NCBI GenBank assembly: GCA_964057225.1
Contig: OZ059896.1
Span: forward strand, 3,286,001 to 3,350,000
Reading direction: 5' to 3'
From: Auanema rhodensis
Lineage: Eukaryota > Animalia > Nematoda
DNA length: 64,000 nucleotides
Numbering within the stretch: position 1 is the stretch's first letter; each line of letters begins with the position of its first letter. The notes beneath the pieces were generated by a model. That model worked only from the letters and a program-made list of their open reading frames with translations, ran no database searches and was not told the origin of the DNA. Shown here piece after piece: positions 1 through 12,000 of this stretch. Both the position numbers and the translations under genes were made by a program.

Positions 1-4
1 CGAG

Positions 5-26
5 GATATAAGTGTGAACTTATATC
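5..26. repeat. Perfect inverted repeat in the monomer: 9-bp stem, 4-nt loop (present in most copies)
   Basis: gatataagt (5-13), loop gtga, acttatatc (18-26); the arms are exact reverse complements. Confidence 0.9.
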
Positions 27-39
27 AGTTGATATCTCG

Positions 40-109
40 GTGCATTTTTAAGCTAGCGCAAATCTGATAACACAGATCGACGCAGCTTAAAAAACCGCAT
101 CGAATGCAC
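40..109. repeat. Long imperfect inverted repeat in the monomer
   Basis: Nested arms: tttttaagct (45-54)/agcttaaaaa (84-93), gcg (56-58)/cgc (81-83), atctg (62-66)/cagat (73-77), loop ataaca, and outer gtgca (40-44)/tgcac (105-109). Confidence 0.85.
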
Positions 110-218
110 TATATTACATTGAGAAAAGCTTAATACAAAAATTAGTTATGATCGTTTGAAAAATGATGCATTAGTGTATGTTGAGTTTCCATGTACACTC
201 AAAATTGCTTCCAAAAAC

Positions 219-253
219 ATTTTGACAAAAATTTTTTCGAAAAATTTCAAAAT
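219..253. repeat. A/T-tract dyad centred on TTCGAA in the monomer
   Basis: Perfect 12-bp palindrome tttttcgaaaaa (233-244), flanked by attttga (219-225)/tcaaaat (247-253). Confidence 0.85.
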
Positions 254-1052
254 AATTTAGCAAAAAGTAGATGTTTTTAGATTCCTTTTTTTAAAGCAAA
301 AACGATGGACAATGTTATTCAACGAAAAAATTAATTCTTCAGGGTGAAAATCGAGGATATAAGTGTGAACTTATATCAGTTAATATCTCGGTGCATTTTT
401 AAGCTAGCGCAAATCTGATAACACAGATCGACGCAGCTTAAAAATCCGCATCGAATGCACTATATTACATAGAGAAACGCTCAATACAAAAATTAGTTAT
501 GATCGTTTGAAAAATGATGCATTAGTGTATGTTGAGTTTCCATGTACACTCAAAATTGCTTCCAAAAACATTTTGACAAAAATTTTTTCGAAAAATTTCA
601 AAATAATTTAGCAAAAAGTAGATGTTTTTAGATTCCTTTTTTTAAAGCAAAAACGATGGACAATGTTATTCAACGAAAAAATTAATTCTTCAGGGTGAAA
701 ATCGAGGATATAAGTGTGAACTTATATCAGTTGATATCTCGGTGCATTTTTAAGCTAGCGCAAATCTGATAACACAGATCGACGCAGCTTAAAAATCCGC
801 ATCGAATGCATTATACTACATGGAGAAACGCTCATCACAAAAATTAGTTATGATCGTTTGAAAAATGATGCATTAGTGTATGTTGAGTTTCCATGTACAC
901 TCAAAATTGCTTCCAAAAACATTTTGACAAAATTTTTTCGAAAAATTTCAAAATAATTTCGCAAAAAGTAGATGTTTTTAGATTCCTTTTTTTGAGGCAA
1001 AAACGATGGACAATGTTATTCAACGAAAAAATTAATTCTTCAGGGTGAAAAT

Positions 1053-2455
1053 CGAGGATATAAGTGTGAACTTATATCAGTTAATATCTCGGTGCATTTT
1101 TAAGCTAGCGCAAATCTGATAACACAGATCGACGCAGCTTAAAAAACCGCATCGAATGCACTATATTACATTGAGAAAAGCTTAATACAAAAATTAGTTA
1201 TGATCGTTTGAAAAATGATGCATTAGTGTATGTTGAGTTTCCATGTACACTCAAAATTGCTTCCAAAAACATTTTGACAAAAATTTTTTCGAAAAATTTC
1301 AAAATAATTTAGCAAAAAGTAGATGTTTTTAGATTCCTTTTTTTAAAGCAAAAACGATGGACAATGTTATTCAACGAAAAAATTAATTCTTCAGGGTGAA
1401 AATCGAGGATATAAGTGTGAACTTATATCAGTTAATATCTCGGTGCATTTTTAAGCTAGCGCAAATCTGATAACACAGATCGACGCAGCTTAAAAATCCG
1501 CATCGAATGCACTATATTACATAGAGAAACGCTCAATACAAAAATTAGTTATGATCGTTTGAAAAATGATGCATTAGTGTATGTTGAGTTTCCATGTACA
1601 CTCAAAATTGCTTCCAAAAACATTTTGACAAAAATTTTTTCGAAAAATTTCAAAATAATTTAGCAAAAAGTAGATGTTTTTAGATTCCTTTTTTTAAAGC
1701 AAAAACGATGGACAATGTTATTCAACGAAAAAATTAATTCTTCAGGGTGAAAATCGAGGATATAAGTGTGAACTTATATCAGTTAATATCTCGGTGCATT
1801 TTTAAGCTAGCGCAAATCTGATAACACAGATCGACGCAGCTTAAAAATCCGCATCGAATGCACTATATTACATAGAGAAACGCTCAATACAAAAATTAGT
1901 TATGATCGTTTGAAAAATGATGCATTAGTGTATGTTGAGTTTCCATGTACACTCAAAATTGCTTCCAAAAACATTTTGACAAAAATTTTTTCGAAAAATT
2001 TCAAAATAATTTAGCAAAAAGTAGATGTTTTTAGATTCCTTCTTTTAAGGCAAAAACGATGGACAATGTTATTCAACGAAAAAATTAATTCTTCAGGGTG
2101 AAAATCGAGGATATAAGTGTGAACTTATATCAGTTGATATCTCGGTGCATTTTTAAGCTAGCGCAAATCTGATAACACAGATCGAAGCAGCTTAAAAATC
2201 CGCATCGAATGCATTATACTACATGGAGAAACGCTCATCACAAAAATTAGTTATGATCGTTTGAAAAATGATGCATTAGTGTATGTTGAGTTTCCATGTA
2301 CACTCAACATTGCTTCCAAAAACATTTTGACAAAACTTTTTCGAAAAATTTCAAAATAATTTCGCAAAAAGTAGATGTTTTTAGATTCCTTTTTTTGAGG
2401 CAAAAACGATGGACAATGTTATTCAACGAAAAAATTAATTCTTCAGGGTGAAAAT
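1053..2455 (+). repeat. 4-monomer block duplicated at 12579-13981 (offset 11526)
   Basis: Same ordered variants in both copies: ttaaagc, ttaaagc, ttcttttaagg, then cgaagc with caaaactttttcg. Confidence 0.85.
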
Positions 2456-4558
2456 CGAGGATATAAGTGTGAACTTATATCAGTTAATATCTCGGTGCAT
2501 TTTTAAGCTAGCGCAAATCTGATAACACAGATCGACGCAGCTTAAAAAACCGCATCGAATGCACTATATTACATTGAGAAAAGCTTAATACAAAAATTAG
2601 TTATGATCGTTTGAAAAATGATGCATTAGTGTATGTTGAGTTTCCATGTACACTCAAAATTGCTTCCAAAAACATTTTGACAAAAATTTTTTCGAAAAAT
2701 TTCAAAATAATTTAGCAAAAAGTAGATGTTTTTAGATTCCTTTTTTCGAGGCAAAAACGATGGACAATGTTATTCAACGAAAAAATTAATTCTTCAGGGT
2801 GAAAATCGAGGATATAAGTGTGAACTTATATCAGTTGATATCTCGGTGCATTTTTAAGCTAGCGCAAATCTGATAACACAGATCGAAGCAGCTTAAAAAT
2901 CCGCATCGAATGCATTATACTACATGGAGAAACGCTCATCACAAAAATTAGTTATGATCGTTTGAAAAATGATGCATTAGTGTATGTTGAGTTTCCATGT
3001 ACACTCAACATTGCTTCCAAAAACATTTTGACAAAACTTTTTCGAAAAATTTCAAAATAATTTCGCAAAAAGTAGATGTTTTTAGATTCCTTTTTTTGAG
3101 GCAAAAACGATGGACAATGTTATTCAACGAAAAAATTAATTCTTCAGGGTGAAAATCGAGGATATAAGTGTGAACTTATATCAGTTAATATCTCGGTGCA
3201 TTTTTAAGCTAGCGCAAATCTGATAACACAGATCGACGCAGCTTAAAAAACCGCATCGAATGCACTATATTACATTGAGAAAAGCTTAATACAAAAATTA
3301 GTTATGATCGTTTGAAAAATGATGCATTAGTGTATGTTGAGTTTCCATGTACACTCAAAATTGCTTCCAAAAACATTTTGACAAAAATTTTTTCGCAAAA
3401 TTTCAAAATAATTTAGCAAAAAGTAGATGTTTTTAGATTCCTTCTTTCAAGGCAAAAACGATGGACAATGTTATTCAACGAAAAAATTAATTCTTCAGGG
3501 TGAAAATCGAGGATATAAGTGTGAACTTATATCAGTTAATATCTCGGTGCATTTTTAAGCTAGCGCAAATCTGATAACACAGATCGACGCAGCTTAAAAA
3601 TCCGCATCGAATGCACTTTATTACATTGAGGAAAGCTTAATACAAAAATTAGTTATGATCGTTTGAAAAATGATGCATTAGTGTATGTTGAGTTTCCATG
3701 TACACTCAACATTGCTTCCAAAAACATTTTGACAAAAATTTTTTCGAAAAATTTCAAAATAATTTAGCAAAAAGTAGATGTTTTTAGATTCCTTTTTTTG
3801 AGGCAAAAACGATGGACAATGTTATTCAACGAAAAAATTAATTCTTCAGGGTGAAAATCGAGGATATAAGTGTGAACTTATATCAGTTAATATCTCGGTG
3901 CATTTTTAAGCTAGCGCAAATCTGATAACACAGATCGACGCAGCTTAAAAAACCGCATCGAATGCACTATATTACATTGAGAAAAGCTTAATACAAAAAT
4001 TAGTTATGATCGTTTGAAAAATGATGCATTAGTGTATGTTGAGTTTCCATGTACACTCAAAATTGCTTCCAAAAACATTTTGACAAAACTTTTTCGAAAA
4101 ATTTCAAAATAATTTCGCAAAAAGTAGATGTTTTTAGATTCCTTTTTTTGAGGCAAAAACGATGGACAATGTTATTCAACGAAAAAATTAATTCTTCAGG
4201 GTGAAAATCGAGGATATAAGTGTGAACTTATATCAGTTAATATCTCGGTGCATTTTTAAGCTAGCGCAAATCTGATAACACAGATCGACGCAGCTTAAAA
4301 AACCGCATCGAATGCACTATATTACATTGAGAAAAGCTTAATACAAAAATTAGTTATGATCGTTTGAAAAATGATGCATTAGTGTATGTTGAGTTTCCAT
4401 GTACACTCAAAATTGCTTCCAAAAACATTTTGACAAAACTTTTTCGAAAAATTTCAAAATAATTTAGCAAAAAGTAGATGTTTTTAGATTCCTTCTTTCA
4501 AGGCAAAAACGATGGACAATGTTATTCAACGAAAAAATTAATTCTTCAGGGTGAAAAT

Positions 4559-7364
4559 CGAGGATATAAGTGTGATTTTATATCAGTTGATATCTCGGTG
4601 CATTTTTAAGCTAGCGCAAATCTGATAACATAGATCGACGCAGCTTAAAAGTCCGCATCGAATGCACTATATTACATAGAGAAACGCTCAATACAAAAAT
4701 TAGTTATGATCGTTTGAAAAATGATGCATTAGTGTATGTTGAGTTTCCATGTACACTCAACATTGCTTCCAAAAACATTTTGACAAAAATTTTTTCGAAA
4801 AATTTCAAAATAATTTCGCAAAAAGTAGATGTTTTTAGATTCCTTTTTTGAGGCAAAAACGATGGACAATGTTATTCAACGAAAAAATTAATTCTTCAGG
4901 GTGAAAATCGAGGATATAAGTGTGAACTTATATCAGTTAATATCTCGGTGCATTTTTAAGCTAGCGCAAATCTGATAACACAGATCGACGCAGCTTAAAA
5001 AACCGCATCGAATGCACTATATTACATTGAGAAAAGCTTAATACAAAAATTAGTTATGATCGTTTGAAAAATGATGCATTAGTGTATGTTGAGTTTCCAT
5101 GTACACTCAAAATTGCTTCCAAAAACATTTTGACAAAAATTTTTTCGAAAAATTTCAAAATAATTTAGCAAAAAGTAGATGTTTTTAGATTCCTTCTTTC
5201 AAGGCAAAAACGATGGACAATGTTATTCAACGAAAAAATTAATTCTTCAGGGTGAAAATCGAGGATATAAGTGTGAACTTATATCAGTTGATATCTCGGT
5301 GCATTTTTAAGCTAGCGCAAATCTGATAACATAGATCGACGCAGCTTAAAAGTCCGCATCGAATGCACTATACTACATTAAGAAAAGCTTAATACAAAAA
5401 TTAGTTATGATCGTTTGAAAAATGATGCATTAGTGTATGTTGAGTTTCCATGTACACTCAACATTGCTTCCAAAAACATTTTGACAAAAATTTTTTCGAA
5501 AAATTTCAAAATAATTTAGCAAAAAGTAGATGTTTTTAGATTCCTTCTTTCAAGGCAAAAACGATGGACAATGTTATTCAACGAAAAAATTAATTCTTCA
5601 GGGTGAAAATCGAGGATATAAGTGTGAACTTATATCAGTTGATATCTCGGTGCATTTTTAAGCTAGCGCAAATCTGATAACATAGATCGACGCAGCTTAA
5701 AAGTCCGCATCGAATGCACTATATTACATAGAGAAACGCTCAATACAAAAATTAGTTATGATCGTTTGAAAAATGATGCATTAGTGTATGTTGAGTTTCC
5801 ATGTACACTCAACATTGCTTCCAAAAACATTTTGACAAAAATTTTTTCGAAAAATTTCAAAATAATTTCGCAAAAAGTAGATGTTTTTAGATTTCTTTTT
5901 TTGAGGCAAAAACGATGGACAATGTTATTCAACGAAAAAATTAATTCTTCAGGGTGAAAATCGAGGATATAAGTGTGAACTTATATCAGTTAATATCTCG
6001 GTGCATTTTTAAGCTAGCGCAAATCTGATAACACAGATCGACGCAGCTTAAAAAACCGCATCGAATGCACTATATTACATTGAGAAAAGCTTAATACAAA
6101 AATTAGTTATGATCGTTTGAAAAATGATGCATTAGTGTATGTTGAGTTTCCATGTACACTCAAAATTGCTTCCAAAAACATTTTGACAAAAATTTTTTCG
6201 AAAAATTTCAAAATAATTTAGCAAAAAGTAGATGTTTTTAGATTCCTTCTTTCAAGGCAAAAACGATGGACAATGTTATTCAACGAAAAAATTAATTCTT
6301 CAGGGTGAAAATCGAGGATATAAGTGTGAACTTATATCAGTTGATATCTCGGTGCATTTTTAAGCTAGCGCAAATCTGATAACATAGATCGACGCAGCTT
6401 AAAAGTCCGCATCGAATGCACTATACTACATTAAGAAAAGCTTAATACAAAAATTAGTTATGATCGTTTGAAAAATGATGCATTAGTGTATGTTGAGTTT
6501 CCATGTACACTCAAAATTGCTTCCAAAAACATTTTGACAAAAATTTTTTCGAAAAATTTCAAAATAATTTAGCAAAAAGTAGATGTTTTTAGATTCCTTT
6601 TTTCGAGGCAAAAACGATGGACAATGTTATTCAACGAAAAAATTAATTCTTCAGGGTGAAAATCGAGGATATAAGTGTGAACTTATATCAGTTGATATCT
6701 CGGTGCATTTTTAAGCTAGCGCAAATCTGATAACACAGATCGAAGCAGCTTAAAAATCCGCATCGAATGCACTATAATACATTAAGAAACGCTCAATACA
6801 AAAATTAGTTATGATCGTTTGAAAAATGATGCATTAGTGTATGTTGAGTTTCCATGTACACTCAAAATTGCTTCCAAAAACATTTTGACAAAAATTTTTT
6901 CGAAAAATTTCGAGATAATTTAGCAAAAAGTAGATGTTTTTAGATTCCTTCTTTCAAGGCAAAAACGATGGACGATGTTATTCAACGAAAAAATTAATTC
7001 TTCAGGGTGAAAATCGAGAATATAAGTGTGAACTTATATCAGTTAATATCTCGGTGCATTTTTAAGCTAGCGCAAATCTGATAACACAGATCGACGCAGC
7101 TTAAAAATCCGCATCGAATGCATTATACTACATGGAGAAACGCTCATCACAAAAATTAGTTATGATCGTTTGAAAAATGATGCATTAGTGTATGTTGAGT
7201 TTCCATGTACACTCAACATTGCTTCCAAAAACATTTTAACAAAATTTTTTCGAAAAATTTCAAAATAATTTCGCAAAAAGTAGATGTTTTTAGATTCCTT
7301 TTTTTGAGGCAAAAACGATGGACAATGTTATTCAACGAAAAAATTAATTCTTCAGGGTGAAAAT
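4559..7364 (+). repeat. 8-monomer block duplicated at 13982-16787 (offset 9423)
   Basis: Shared rare markers in the same order: T6-gagg, agatttctt, tttcgagata, ggacgatg, gagaatat. The ORFs at 5766 and 15189 are also 9423 apart. Confidence 0.9.
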
Positions 7365-8768
7365 CGAGGATATAAGTGTGAACTTATATCAGTTAATATC
7401 TCGGTGCATTTTTAAGCTAGCGCAAATCTGATAACATAGATCGACGCAGCTTAAAAGTCCGCATCGAATGCACTATATTACATAGAGAAACGCTCAATAC
7501 AAAAATTAGTTATGATCGTTTGAAAAATGATGCATTAGTGTATGTTGAGTTTCCATGTACACTCAACATTGCTTCCAAAAACATTTTGACAAAAATTTTT
7601 TCGAAAAATTTCAAAATAATTTAGCAAAAAGTAGATGTTTTTAGATTCCTTCTTTCAAGGCAAAAACGATGGACAATGTTATTCAACGAAAAAATTAATT
7701 CTTCAGGGTGAAAATCGAGGATATAAGTGTGAACTTATATCAGTTGATATCTCGGTGCATTTTTAAGCTAGCGCAAATCTGATAACACAGATCGAAGCAG
7801 CTTAAAAATCCGCATCGAATGCACTATAATACATTAAGAAACGCTCAATACAAAAATTAGTTATGATCGTTTGAAAAATGATGCATTAGTGTATGTTGAG
7901 TTTCCATGTACACTCAAAATTGCTTCCAAAAACATTTTGACAAAAATTTTTTCGAAAAATTTCAAAATAATTTAGCAAAAAGTAGATGTTTTTAGATTCC
8001 TTCTTTCAAGGCAAAAACGATGGACAATGTTATTCAACGAAAAAATTAATTCTTCAGGGTGAAAATCGAGGATATAAGTGTGAACTTATATCAGTTGATA
8101 TCTCGGTGCATTTTTAAGCTAGCGCAAATCTGATAACATAGATCGACGCAGCTTAAAAGTCCGCATCGAATGCACTATACTACATTAAGAAAAGCTTAAT
8201 ACAAAAATTAGTTATGATCGTTTGAAAAATGATGCATTAGTGTATGTTGAGTTTCCATGTACACTCAAAATTGCTTCCAAAAACATTTTGACAAAAATTT
8301 TTTCGAAAAATTTCAAAATAATTTAGCAAAAAGTAGATGTTTTTAGATTCCTTTTTTCGAGGCAAAAACGATGGACAATGTTATTCAACGAAAAAATTAA
8401 TTCTTCAGGGTGAAAATCGAGGATATAAGTGTGAACTTATATCAGTTGATATCTCGGTGCATTTTTAAGCTAGCGCAAATCTGATAACACAGATCGAAGC
8501 AGCTTAAAAATCCGCATCGAATGCACTATAATACATTAAGAAACGCTCAATACAAAAATTAGTTATGATCGTTTGAAAAATGATGCATTAGTGTATGTTG
8601 AGTTTCCATGTACACTCAAAATTGCTTCCAAAAACATTTTGACAAAAATTTTTTCGAAAAATTTCAAAATAATTTAGCAAAAAGTAGATGTTTTTAGATT
8701 CCTTCTTTCAAGGCAAAAACGATGGACGATGTTATTCAACGAAAAAATTAATTCTTCAGGGTGAAAAT

Positions 8769-9073
8769 CGAGAATATAAGTGTGAACTTATATCAGTTAA
8801 TATCTCGGTGCATTTTTAAGCTAGCGCAAATCTGATAACACAGATCGACGCAGCTTAAAAATCCGCATCGAATGCATTATACTACATGGAGAAACGCTCA
8901 TCACAAAAATTAGTTATGATCGTTTGAAAAATGATGCATTAGTGTATGTTGAGTTTCCATGTACACTCAACATTGCTTCCAAAAACATTTTGACAAATTT
9001 TTTTCGAAAAATTTCAAAATAATTTCGCAAAAAGTAGATGTTTTTAGATTCCTTCTTTCAAGGCAAAAAAAAT
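8769..9073 (+). repeat. Truncated 305-bp monomer (45-bp deletion)
   Basis: At 9061-9078 the sequence reads aggc-A8-tcgagg instead of aggc-A5-[44 nt]-A4-tcgagg. Confidence 0.92.
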
Positions 9074-12000
9074 CGAGGATATAAGTGTGAACTTATATCA
9101 GTTGATATCTCGGTGCATTTTTAAGCTAGCGCAAATCTGATAACATAGATCGACGCAGCTTAAAAGTCCGCATCGAATGCACTATACTACATTAAGAAAA
9201 GCTTAATACAAAAATTAGTTATGATCGTTTGAAAAATGATGCATTAGTGTATGTTGAGTTTCCATGTACACTCAAAATTGCTTCCAAAAACATTTTGACA
9301 AAAATTTTTTCGAAAAATTTCAAAATAATTTAGCAAAAAGTAGATGTTTTTAGATTCCTTTTTTCGAGGCAAAAACGATGGACAATGTTATTCAACGAAA
9401 AAATTAATTCTTCAGGGTGAAAATCGAGGATATAAGTGTGAACTTATATCAGTTGATATCTCGGTGCATTTTTAAGCTAGCGCAAATCTGATAACACAGA
9501 TCGAAGCAGCTTAAAAATCCGCATCGAATGCATTATACTACATGGAGAAACGCTCATCACAAAAATTAGTTATGATCGTTTGAAAAATGATGCATTAGTG
9601 TATGTTGAGTTTCCATGTACACTCAACATTGCTTCCAAAAACATTTTGACAAATTTTTTTCGAAAAATTTCAAAATAATTTCGCAAAAAGTAGATGTTTT
9701 TAGATTCCTTCTTTCAAGGCAAAAACGATGGACAATGTTATTCAACGAAAAAATTAATTCTTCAGGGTGAAAATCGAGGATATAAGTGTGAACTTATATC
9801 AGTTGATATCTCGGTGCATTTTTAAGCTAGCGCAAATCTGATAACATAGATCGACGCAGCTTAAAAGTCCGCATCGAATGCACTGTACTACATTAAGAAA
9901 AGCTTAATACAAAAATTAGTTATGATCGTTTGAAAAATGATGCATTAGTGTATGTTGAGTTTCCATGTACACTCAAAATTGCTTCCAAAAACATTTTGAC
10001 AAAAATTTTTTCGAAAAATTTCAAAATAATTTAGCAAAAAGTAGATGTTTTTAGATTCCTTTTTTCGAGGCAAAAACGATGGACAATGTTATTCAACGAA
10101 AAAATTAATTCTTCAGGGTGAAAATCGAGGATATAAGTGTGAACTTATATCAGTTGATATCTCGGTGCATTTTTAAGCTAGCGCAAATCTGATAACACAG
10201 ATCGAAGCAGCTTAAAAATCCGCATCGAATGCACTATAATACATTAAGAAACGCTCAATACAAAAATTAGTTATGATCGTTTGAAAAATGATGCATTAGT
10301 GTATGTTGAGTTTCCATGTACACTCAAAATTGCTTCCAAAAACATTTTGACAAAAATTTTTTCGAAAAATTTCAAAATAATTTAGCAAAAAGTAGATGTT
10401 TTTAGATTCCTTCTTTCAAGGCAAAAACGATGGACGATGTTATTCAACGAAAAAATTAATTCTTCAGGGTGAAAATCGAGAATATAAGTGTGAACTTATA
10501 TCAGTTAATATCTCGGTGCATTTTTAAGCTAGCGCAAATCTGATAACACAGATCGACGCAGCTTAAAAATCCGCATCGAATGCATTATACTACATGGAGA
10601 AACGCTCATCACAAAAATTAGTTATGATCGTTTGAAAAATGATGCATTAGTGTATGTTGAGTTTCCATGTACACTCAACATTGCTTCCAAAAACATTTTG
10701 ACAAATTTTTTTCGAAAAATTTCAAAATAATTTCGCAAAAAGTAGATGTTTTTAGATTCCTTTTTTTGAGGCAAAAACGATGGACAATGTTATTCAACGA
10801 AAAAATTAATTCTTCAGGGTGAAAATCGAGGATATAAGTGTGAACTTATATCAGTTGATATCTCGGTGCATTTTTAAGCTAGCGCAAATCTGATAACACA
10901 GATCGACGCAGCTTAAAAATCCGCATCGAATGCACTATATTACATTGAGGAAAGCTTAATACAAAAATCAGTTATGATTGTTTGAAAAATGATGCATTAG
11001 TGTATGTTGAGTTTCCATGTACACTCAAAATTGCTTCCAAAAACATTTTGACAAAAATTTTTTCGAAAAATTTCAAAATAATTTAGCAAAAAGTAGATGT
11101 TTTTAGATTCCTTCTTTCAAGGCAAAAACGATGGACAATGTTATTCAACGAAAAAATTAATTCTTCAGGGTGAAAATCGAGGATATAAGTGTGAACTTAT
11201 ATCAGTTGATATCTCGGTGCATTTTTAAGCTAGCGCAAATCTGATAACACAGATCGACGCAGCTTAAAAATCCGCATCGAATGCATTATACTACATGGAG
11301 AAACGCTCATCACAAAAATTAGTTATGATCGTTTGAAAAATGATGCATTAGTGTATGTTGAGTTTCCATGTACACTCAACATTGCTTCCAAAAACATTTT
11401 GACAAAATTTTTTCGAAAAATTTCAAAATAATTTCGCAAAAAGTAGATGTTTTTAGATTCCTTTTTTTGAGGCAAAAACGATGGACAATGTTATTCAACG
11501 AAAAAATTAATTCTTCAGGGTGAAAATCGAGGATATAAGTGTGAACTTATATCAGTTAATATCTCGGTGCATTTTTAAGCTAGCGCAAATCTGATAACAC
11601 AGATCGACGCAGCTTAAAAAACCGCATCGAATGCACTATATTACATCGAGAAAAGCTTAATACAAAAATTAGTTATGATCGTTTGAAAAATGATGCATTA
11701 GTGTATGTTGAGTTTCCATGTACACTCAAAATTGCTTCCAAAAACATTTTGACAAAAATTTTTTCGAAAAATTTCAAAATAATTTAGCAAAAAGTAGATG
11801 TTTTTAGATTCCTTTTTTTAAAGCAAAAACGATGGACAATGTTATTCAACGAAAAAATTAATTCTTCAGGGTGAAAATCGAGGATATAAGTGTGAACTTA
11901 TATCAGTTAATATCTCGGTGCATTTTTAAGCTAGCGCAAATCTGATAACACAGATCGACGCAGCTTAAAAATCCGCATCGAATGCATTATATTACATAGA

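Larger units (their letters stand above)
1..351 (+). repeat. Representative monomer (arbitrary phase)
   Basis: About 104/351 G+C (~30%). The first 110 bp are ~40% GC and the rest ~25%. It has many A4-6/T4-7 tracts, 11 CpG and four TCGA sites per unit. Confidence 0.97.

Noticed and set aside
5-13. TATA-like gatataag as a promoter
   Set aside because: Such motifs are expected by chance at 70% AT, and there is no downstream gene.
64-70. ctgataa resembling the hammerhead core CUGANGA (satellite hammerheads are known in newts, schistosomes and cave crickets)
   Set aside because: G8 is missing, no helix II closed by GAAA follows, and the motif lies within a different stem. No intact core was found on the minus strand either. 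An Infernal search with Rfam hammerhead models would settle it.
1-351. Tandem RNA gene unit (5S rRNA, tRNA, snRNA or spliced-leader repeats have similar periods)
   Set aside because: I recognise no 5S, tRNA cloverleaf or Pol III A/B box, or spliced-leader sequence on either strand. This was checked by eye only.
1-351. Assignment to a named satellite (Drosophila 359-bp, Tribolium ~350-bp families, alpha satellite, CENP-B box)
   Set aside because: Only length and AT content are similar. I cannot confirm sequence identity, and there is no canonical 17-bp CENP-B box.
5766-5957. 63-aa ORF, also at 15189-15380 and 17294-17485
   Set aside because: It has a TTG start at the same monomer offset and is open only when the tag>tcg variant coincides with the full-length A5T6 and T7 tracts. 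The other ~180 copies have a stop or frameshift. The K/F/N/I-rich composition simply mirrors the A/T tracts.
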